Source of the DNA: a bacterium
Lineage (GTDB): Bacteria > Patescibacteriota > Microgenomatia > Levybacterales > UBA12049
Length of the DNA stretch: 34,110 bases
Assembly (NCBI GenBank): GCA_041691355.1
Contig: JBEPUU010000001.1
Location: forward strand, 1 to 34,110
Direction of reading: 5' to 3'
Under the pieces are notes generated by a model. The model was given only the letters and a program-made list of their open reading frames with translations. It searched no databases and had not been told where the DNA came from. A program made the translations under genes and the position numbers. Positions 25,378-31,488 of the stretch are shown here, piece by piece. Positions within the stretch are counted from its first letter, which is position 1. Every line of letters begins with the position of its first letter.

Positions 25378-25729
25378 TGTAAATTATTTTATAGATGCTG
25401 TTCACAGAAAACCTGAGAAAAAAATTCTTGAATCCCTTGAGAATAATATAATTTATCTCTCTCCACTCACTATTCATATTTTTTGTTACACTTTCAAACT
25501 AAAAATGCCAAATAATATAGTTAAAAAACAAATTGAAAAGTTCCAATTTGTTGAATTTTCCGATAATATTGTGGAGCGTGCATTGGATGGACCGACTAAC
25601 GATTTTGAAGATAATGTTCAACTCCACAGTGCAGCCGAAGCAGAATGCGATATCTTCTTAACAGCAGATAAAAAATTGCTAGATATAAAATTCTTTGGTA
25701 AAGTCAGGGTAGAAGCAAAATTAGCATAA
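25358..25729 (+). CDS. PIN-domain toxin
   Basis: 123-aa ORF with VFLDVNYFID (first Asp), DFEDNVQLHSA and IFLTADKKL, a PIN-like acidic pattern. It is coupled to the antitoxin by overlap. Confidence 0.7.
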   Translation: MAKVFLDVNYFIDAVHRKPEKKILESLENNIIYLSPLTIHIFCYTFKLKMPNNIVKKQIEKFQFVEFSDNIVERALDGPTNDFEDNVQLHSAAEAECDIFLTADKKLLDIKFFGKVRVEAKLA

Positions 25730-25746
25730 TAATAAGTAGGTATAAA

Positions 25747-26604
25747 TTACAAAGAAAAATACTTGAAGATATCCAAAATTCCATTTTCATCAACCGAACC
25801 CTTACTGACAAAATACGTTCCCTCTACTTTAGACTTGACTAGCTGTTTTAATTCATTTGTCCCATTTGCCAGTGTTGCAGCATAACCACATAGTCGCATA
25901 AATTTCCAATCACTTGTACTGTCCCCAATCCCCAAAACTTCATCGAATGAAATATGCAAACTTTCAACTATAGTTTCAGCACCTTCTTTTTTAGAACTTC
26001 CTAGTACGGTAACTATACCGAATTGTAATGGAAGTGCCACCGGATGAACTCCCCAAGTAATAGATGCTTGCGTTTTAAAAGTTTCCAAAATACGTGAGAC
26101 TCGTAGCATGTCAACGCTGTTAAGAGCGATTGGCATAATTTTCGTAATCTCGAAATTGCTACTTTCTTGAACTATTGATGAAACTGTAATTGGCTTTTTT
26201 TGTAAAATATGAGTATGTTTCTGTGTTATTTCAGATGCTTGATTCTCTTGAATAAAATAGTCAGCTACCGTATAACACTCTACATACACATTTTCAGCCA
26301 CAAGTTTATCTAAAATCTTAGATGCAAGTTCTTTCTTAAGAACATGTTTTTCAATAACCATATTATCTATGGGATCAATAATAACAGCTCCCGCATCCGT
26401 TATATGCGGATTATGAAGATTTGCTTTTTTAATGATTTTGGCAATTGCATAGTAAGGTTTTGCGGTACAAAGACAGATTGCTACACCTTCTTCACGGAGT
26501 TTTTTTAACGAATTCAAAACGTCTATATGTGGATGTGGAGAATTGTATCCAACTTTCTCGCCAATAATAACTCCATCAATATCCAATATAATTGCCTTAA
26601 TCAT
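25747..26604 (-). CDS. HAD-superfamily hydrolase, Cof/IIB-type phosphatase
   Basis: 285-aa ORF with motif I IILDIDGVI, a large cap region, and motif IV GIGDSTSD. Extended -10 TGaTAAAAT (26622..26614) lies 9 nt before the ATG. Confidence 0.8.
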   Translation of the reverse strand: MIKAIILDIDGVIIGEKVGYNSPHPHIDVLNSLKKLREEGVAICLCTAKPYYAIAKIIKKANLHNPHITDAGAVIIDPIDNMVIEKHVLKKELASKILDKLVAENVYVECYTVADYFIQENQASEITQKHTHILQKKPITVSSIVQESSNFEITKIMPIALNSVDMLRVSRILETFKTQASITWGVHPVALPLQFGIVTVLGSSKKEGAETIVESLHISFDEVLGIGDSTSDWKFMRLCGYAATLANGTNELKQLVKSKVEGTYFVSKGSVDENGILDIFKYFSL

Positions 26605-26639
26605 CGCGTAGTTATTTTATCACAGTTGGGTAAAATAGA

Positions 26640-29012
26640 TTAATATGCAGCGGGCATGATGGGCATATCTATTGGTGTTCTTCCGCTTTTATTTTTCGCC
26701 GGCAATACTTTTAAGGGTTTGGTCAATGCAATCTTTAATACTTCATCCATATGCGAGACAAATTTAAAATGCAAATCTTTAAGAACTTCCTTTGGAACAT
26801 CTTCTAAATCCTTTTTATTGTCTTTTGGCAAAATGATAGTCTTGAGACCTGCACGATGAGCTGCTATGACCTTTTCTTTGACTCCACCGATCTCAAGTGC
26901 TCGACCTCTAAGTGTCGTTTCACCCGTCATAGCGACTTTACGGTTAACTGGAATCTTCGTCAATGCTGAGACAATTGCTGTTGTAATTGCAAGTCCTGCT
27001 GAAGGACCATCTTTGGGTACTGCACCTTCAGGAACATGGACATGCACATCAATTTTTTGATAGAAATTCTCAGGAATTCCGAAATCTTTCGCGCGCGCTC
27101 TAATATATGACATTGCTGCCTGACAAGATTCTTTCATTACATCTCCTAGCTGTCCAGTCAAAATAAGTTGACCTTTTCCTGGCATTAGAGCGACTTCAAT
27201 AAAGAGAATTTCTCCTCCTGCCTCAGTCCATGCAAGTCCTGTTGTCTGTCCGATTTCATCGTTCTTTTCAAGAACATTTGCATGAATTCGTTCAGGGCCA
27301 AGATATTTTGGTATATCTTTATCTGTAATAGTAACTTTTCCTTTTTCGCCTTCAGCTACTTTTTTGGCTACTTTTCGAAGAACTGACGCGATTTTTCTTT
27401 CCAAGTTTCTGACTCCTGCTTCACGAGTGTAATGATGAATGATAAATTGCAATGCTTTATCAGTCAATTCAATTTGACTATTTTTCAATCCATGATTTTC
27501 CAGTTGCTTTTTAATGAGAAAATCATGAGAAATTCTGAACTTTTCATCATGTGTATAGCCTGAAAATGTTATAATTTCCAAACGATCTCGAAGTGCCGGC
27601 GGAATAGTATCCAAAACATTGGCAGTGGTTATGAACATCACATTTGAAAGATCAAATGGAACTTCGAGATAATGATCTGAGAATTGTCCGTTCTGTTCAG
27701 GATCAAGAGCTTCCAGAAGCGCGCTTGATGGATCTCCACGGAAATCAGAGCCTACTTTATCAATTTCATCAAGCATAAAGACAGGATTTTTTGTTCCCGC
27801 ATCTTTAATTCCTTGAATGATACGTCCTGGCAATGCTCCGACATACGTTCTTCTGTGACCTCTAATCTCAGCCTCATCTCGGATGCCTCCTAATGAAACC
27901 CTAACAAATTTACGGCCTAGTGCTCGTGCGATTGATTTACCGATTGATGTTTTACCTACACCCGGTGGTCCTGCAAAACAAAGAATCGGACCTTTCATTT
28001 TGCCTGATAATTTGTGAACCGCCAGATATTCAACAATTCTCTCTTTTGCTTTTTGCAAGCCATAGTGATCTTCATCAAGGATTTTTTCTGCAGATTTGAT
28101 ATCCGAACCGTCTTTACTTTCTTTACCCCAAGGCAATGCAACCATTAAATCAAGGTAATTACGGATGTAACCTGCTTCAGGATTGAATTGATTCATGTTC
28201 TGAAGTTTATTGAGTTCTTTCTTTGCCTTTTCTTCAACCTCTGCAGGCATCTTAGCATCTTTTATTTTATTAAGTAAAACGCGGATTTCGGAATTTTCTT
28301 CTTTATCACCAAGTTCTTCTTCAATTGTTCGCAAACGTTCCCTAAGCATTGCTTCACGTGCGCCTTTTTCAAATCGTTCTTGCGTCTTTGATGCAATTCT
28401 TCTTTCTAATTCAAGAATTTTAATTTCTTTTGCAAGCAAATCTGACAATTTTTGTAGTCTTGCCTTAACATTTGTCATTTCAAGTAGATCCTGCTTTTCG
28501 CTTGGTTTAAGATCCAGTGCAGAGGCTATCAAATCTGATAACTCTGCGGGAGAGGTCTCAGACATAATGTTCATAAAGAGGAGAAAGTCAGCGGATTTTC
28601 CAAAATTCATTGCTTTTCTGAATTCGTTGGTGAGATGATTGCAAAGAGCTTTTATTTCTTCATTATTTTCACTTTCTTCGACGAGCTCTTCGACTTTTGC
28701 AAGGTAATATGAGTCATGTTGTTCATAAGATAGTATTTTAACGCGAGACAAGCCACGTACTTGTGCATTTATTTCCCCGTCTGTTCTGATCATCCTCTCA
28801 ATTCGTGCGAGAGTTCCAATTTCATATAAATCATCGGTTGTGGGATCATTTAGACGAGCGTTTTTCTGAAGGACAAAACATACAATTCGCTCTTTTTGAA
28901 ATGCTGATTCTAGTGCTGCAAGACTCTTTGGTCTACCAAACGTTAAAACTGAGTCTGTACTTGGGAAGATGATTCCGTCTCTTATTGGGATTATAGCTAC
29001 TACTTTTTCCAT
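26640..29012 (-). CDS. lon: ATP-dependent Lon protease (LonA)
   Basis: 790-aa ORF with a Lon N-domain, Walker A GPPGVGKTS, Walker B FMLDEIDK, the protease serine PKDGPSAGLAITTA and the lysine region GGVKEKVIAAHRAG. Confidence 0.95.
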   Translation of the reverse strand: MEKVVAIIPIRDGIIFPSTDSVLTFGRPKSLAALESAFQKERIVCFVLQKNARLNDPTTDDLYEIGTLARIERMIRTDGEINAQVRGLSRVKILSYEQHDSYYLAKVEELVEESENNEEIKALCNHLTNEFRKAMNFGKSADFLLFMNIMSETSPAELSDLIASALDLKPSEKQDLLEMTNVKARLQKLSDLLAKEIKILELERRIASKTQERFEKGAREAMLRERLRTIEEELGDKEENSEIRVLLNKIKDAKMPAEVEEKAKKELNKLQNMNQFNPEAGYIRNYLDLMVALPWGKESKDGSDIKSAEKILDEDHYGLQKAKERIVEYLAVHKLSGKMKGPILCFAGPPGVGKTSIGKSIARALGRKFVRVSLGGIRDEAEIRGHRRTYVGALPGRIIQGIKDAGTKNPVFMLDEIDKVGSDFRGDPSSALLEALDPEQNGQFSDHYLEVPFDLSNVMFITTANVLDTIPPALRDRLEIITFSGYTHDEKFRISHDFLIKKQLENHGLKNSQIELTDKALQFIIHHYTREAGVRNLERKIASVLRKVAKKVAEGEKGKVTITDKDIPKYLGPERIHANVLEKNDEIGQTTGLAWTEAGGEILFIEVALMPGKGQLILTGQLGDVMKESCQAAMSYIRARAKDFGIPENFYQKIDVHVHVPEGAVPKDGPSAGLAITTAIVSALTKIPVNRKVAMTGETTLRGRALEIGGVKEKVIAAHRAGLKTIILPKDNKKDLEDVPKEVLKDLHFKFVSHMDEVLKIALTKPLKVLPAKNKSGRTPIDMPIMPAAY

Positions 29013-29031
29013 AAAAATTATTATTTTGTAA

Positions 29032-29065
29032 TTAGCAATCTATCATACATTCTGCTAATTGTCAA
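29032..29065 (-). promoter_or_regulatory. lon promoter overlapped by a CIRCE-like inverted repeat
   Basis: The minus strand reads TTGACA (29065..29060), a 17-nt spacer, then TAGATT (29042..29037). Within it lies TTAGCAGAA-N9-GATTGCTAA (29058..29032), which matches 14 of 18 positions of TTAGCACTC-N9-GAGTGCTAA. Both outer hexamers match and the spacing is exact. ATG 29012 lies 24 nt after the -10. Confidence 0.6.
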
Positions 29066-29131
29066 CTGTATCTTTTTCGAGGAACGGATTACAGTTTGTT
29101 GCTATCAATGTAACAAGGAAACTCATGACTG

Positions 29132-29494
29132 TCAACTTTTTATATATTTTCTTACAATATAGATTAAGTCATCTATATTAAAAGGTTTCAAAAGAAAATC
29201 ATTTGCGCCTACTTTTTTGGTAATTCTTTCTGTTTCATTATTTGCAGACATAAGAACAATTGGTATATGTTTGGAATGAGGAGTCGCCTTAATCTTCTTT
29301 GCTATCTCACCACCATCTTCTCCATATAACCAAATATCTAGAAGAATCATATCGGGTTTTTGTTCTTTTATTATCTTATGAACTGTTGCCCCTTGATCCG
29401 CAGTAAATACCTCGTAGCCTTCACTTTCAAGGATAATTTTTACAACATCGATTATTGCTTTATCGTCTTCTGCGACGAGTATTTTTTTCTTCAT
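29132..29494 (-). CDS. single-domain response regulator (receiver only), paralog of 16099..16461
   Basis: 120-aa ORF with KILVAEDD, DMILLDIW, IVLMSA and LLKPF. It has the same length as 16099..16461 and is roughly 40 percent identical by eye. TATAGT (29506..29501) lies 6 nt before the ATG. Confidence 0.9.
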   Translation of the reverse strand: MKKKILVAEDDKAIIDVVKIILESEGYEVFTADQGATVHKIIKEQKPDMILLDIWLYGEDGGEIAKKIKATPHSKHIPIVLMSANNETERITKKVGANDFLLKPFNIDDLIYIVRKYIKS

Positions 29495-29535
29495 ACAAAT
29501 ACTATACTCTTTTTAAACTCACCATACTGGGTATA

Positions 29536-30150
29536 TTAATTTTCAGAAACCAGCTTTGAATAGACTACCAATCTATCCGAATAATTTTTTGAAGTTTTAT
29601 CCCATGTACCATTGCAGGTAATGAGATTTAGCATAGGCACATCTGATGCCGCGAAAACGTGCTTAATTGGGAATGTATTATAGGGATACCTTTTAATTTC
29701 ACTAACAGCAAATGTATATTTTTTGCCGTTATCCTCGGTAACACTAATCGTATCGCCCATGGTTAATAGTTTTAAGTTCCAGAAGACAGCAGGCGCACCT
29801 GTTACTTGATCCAAATGTCCATCAATAACTGCGCTTCCATTCATACCGGGTTTGAAACCTGGACTGTACCATGCTGTGTCAGTAGCATTGGTTGGTACTG
29901 CCATTCTTCCCAGACTATCCATACCTACCGATTCGACTTTAGCGCTGACATGTATCTTTGGAATGGTAATTGTTTCCGGAACTCCTGGGGATAGTGTGGG
30001 TGCTGTATTTGCTCTTTCGTTTTGTACAACTGTGTGATCACCAAGAACCTGCTTATTTCTATTAATAGCATGATGAGAAGTACCATATCCGATACTAATT
30101 CCCGCTATAATTCCTATACTAATAATAAATAGAAATAATGTATTCTTCAT
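29536..30150 (-). CDS. sortase-family transpeptidase (class E/F-like) with N-terminal membrane anchor
   Basis: The catalytic triad context is AVIDGHLD (His), LNLITCNG (Cys) and SDRLVVY (Arg). The track start GTG 30177 lies inside a hairpin arm, so ATG 30150 (MKNTLFLFIISIGIIAG) is preferred. Confidence 0.85.
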   Translation of the reverse strand: MKNTLFLFIISIGIIAGISIGYGTSHHAINRNKQVLGDHTVVQNERANTAPTLSPGVPETITIPKIHVSAKVESVGMDSLGRMAVPTNATDTAWYSPGFKPGMNGSAVIDGHLDQVTGAPAVFWNLKLLTMGDTISVTEDNGKKYTFAVSEIKRYPYNTFPIKHVFAASDVPMLNLITCNGTWDKTSKNYSDRLVVYSKLVSEN

Positions 30151-30162
30151 CAAAATGTATAT

Positions 30163-30212
30163 AATGGAGCAAAACACATTATCTAATGAAAAGAAACGTA
30201 TTTTGCTCCATT
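30163..30212 (-). promoter_or_regulatory. intercistronic stem-loop between the small peptide gene and the sortase gene
   Basis: A perfect 12-bp inverted repeat: AATGGAGCAAAA (30163..30174) and TTTTGCTCCATT (30201..30212), with a 26-nt loop. It ends 12 nt before the sortase ATG. There is no clean U-tract, so it is not a textbook terminator. Confidence 0.6.
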
Positions 30213-30240
30213 TTGCATAAAAAACGACTAAATAATGTAA

Positions 30241-30423
30241 TTAGTTTACGCGACCTGTATTTGGTGCTGAAGTAGGAGCACTTACAGCAGTGGTCGGAGT
30301 GACTGTGACTGTCGTTGCGCCACTAGTAGGTGATGGTGTTGCAGTTTGTGCAAACGTCATTGTTGCTACAGCCATTGCTGAAACAGCAAATACACCTGTT
30401 GCGATTACGGCTTTCTTGATCAT
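30241..30423 (-). CDS. 60-aa secreted Thr/Pro-rich peptide ending in APNTG-RVN (candidate sortase substrate)
   Basis: A strong SD GGAGGTGA (30435..30428) lies 4 nt before ATG 30423. The product is MIKKAVIATGVFAVSAMAVATMTFAQTATPSPTSGATTVTVTPTTAVSAPTSAPNTGRVN, with a signal-peptide-like N-terminus. The track start TTG 30441 would translate the SD itself. Confidence 0.7.
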   Translation of the reverse strand: MIKKAVIATGVFAVSAMAVATMTFAQTATPSPTSGATTVTVTPTTAVSAPTSAPNTGRVN

Positions 30424-30687
30424 ATACTCACCTCCTTTCAAGTTTCTTAAGAATCACAAATTACTGTATAGTAGATATCAAGTGAAGTCGACTTTATCCT
30501 AACACCATATTATTTTATAGTCAACCATATGGCACTTTTCTTACACACAGTTAAACCTAAATCATATATATCTCATACAATCAGGCATAGAGAAAAACTC
30601 TTGCATATTCCTTACCGGATTTTGGTGGTTCTCTTAAGCAACCATACTATTATAAGAATATAAACGAAAGGAGGTGAATTACATACT

Positions 30688-30864
30688 ATGGCAACAAAAA
30701 GTAAAGGACGTGGATTTGCATCCATGGATAAAAGTAAACAACGAATGATCGCAAGTAAAGGTGGAAGAGCTGCTCATCAAAAAGGGACAGCACACACATG
30801 GACTAGCGAAGAAGCAAGAAAAGCTGGAAGACTCGGCGGTCGAGCTCGACAGAAGAAACAATAA
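30688..30864 (+). CDS. KGG-repeat general stress protein (YciG/GsiB-like)
   Basis: Not in the ORF track (58 aa). SD GGAGGTGA lies at 30670..30677. The product is MATKSKGRGFASMDKSKQRMIASKGGRAAHQKGTAHTWTSEEARKAGRLGGRARQKKQ. GFASMD...IASKGG.A.H is the KGG stress-repeat consensus. The track ORF 30679..30882(-) is its antisense shadow. Confidence 0.8.
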   Translation: MATKSKGRGFASMDKSKQRMIASKGGRAAHQKGTAHTWTSEEARKAGRLGGRARQKKQ

Positions 30865-30928
30865 TGTGAAGCGGACTCTCAACCGTTAAAAATGAGAAAC
30901 ATCATGCACCATGATTGGAGGTGAACAA

Positions 30929-31183
30929 ATGAATATTTTATCGTGGATTCTGTTCGGTTTAATAGTAGGGATTGTAGCAAATGCAGTTGATTCTACACCA
31001 AAAGGTAGTTTTACAGGATCAGTGCTCTTAGGAATTGTTGGCGCACTTGTTGGAGGTTTTCTGGCAAACCTTATCTTTGGTGTCTCAGTAACTGGATTTA
31101 GTGGATCTGCATTTTTAGTAGCAATAGCAGGCTCATTACTTTTATTATTCTTTGGGAAAACAATGAATAGAGCACAGCCATAG
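30929..31183 (+). CDS. GlsB/YeaQ/YmgE-family stress membrane protein
   Basis: MNILSWILFGLIVGIVANAV...GIVGALVGGFLANLIFG has Gly-rich TM helices typical of the family. SD GGAGGTGA at 30917..30924 places the start at ATG 30929 rather than 30911. Confidence 0.8.
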   Translation: MNILSWILFGLIVGIVANAVDSTPKGSFTGSVLLGIVGALVGGFLANLIFGVSVTGFSGSAFLVAIAGSLLLLFFGKTMNRAQP

Positions 31184-31420
31184 CTTGTCATAGAGAACTT
31201 TGTTGATCTAACAGGAATGAGACTTTTAGAATTCAAAAGCGAAAAGCTATGGTGTGAAAGGAGCAAGTGCTATAAATAAGTTTGGTAGTATTATTGTGCT
31301 TGCGAGAAATATTTCAACTAACATATAGTTCCACAGAGCCACTTACTCCCCTTTTCAATTTGTATTTTCTATCAATTACTAAAAGTCTTACATGGAGTTA
31401 GCTAAAAATAGTTAAAATAG

Positions 31421-31441
31421 TAAGAACATGATAAGAACATG
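31421..31441 (+). repeat. tandem direct repeat TAAGAACATG-a-TAAGAACATG (11-bp period), candidate response-regulator binding site
   Basis: The exact 10-mer occurs at 31421..31430 and 31432..31441. The repeat ends 10 nt upstream of the -35 of the kinase promoter. Confidence 0.6.
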
Positions 31442-31451
31442 TCTAAAACTG

Positions 31452-31479
31452 TTGAAACTTTCTTATTTTTTGGTAAGAT
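31452..31479 (+). promoter_or_regulatory. promoter of the GAF histidine kinase gene
   Basis: TTGAAA (31452..31457), a 16-nt spacer, then TGgTAAGAT (extended -10, hexamer 31474..31479), 9 nt before ATG 31489. Confidence 0.5.
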
Positions 31480-31488
31480 AACAATACT

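Noticed and set aside
28210-28638. 142-aa Ser-rich ORF on the plus strand inside lon
   Set aside because: It is antisense to a well-supported Lon coding region. Its composition is what the reverse frame of a Glu/Lys/Leu-rich gene produces.
30444-30453. 10-bp palindrome TTCTTAAGAA between the putative peptide-gene promoter and its SD
   Set aside because: It may be an operator, but a 10-bp A/T palindrome built around a CTTAAG core is weak evidence on its own in this composition. It is noted only as context for the sortase locus.
30679-31266. Track ORFs 30679..30882(-) and 30886..31266(-)
   Set aside because: They are antisense shadows of the plus-strand KGG and GlsB genes. Those genes have strong SD sites and recognisable family motifs. 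The minus-strand products are Ser/Cys/Phe-rich with no start signals.
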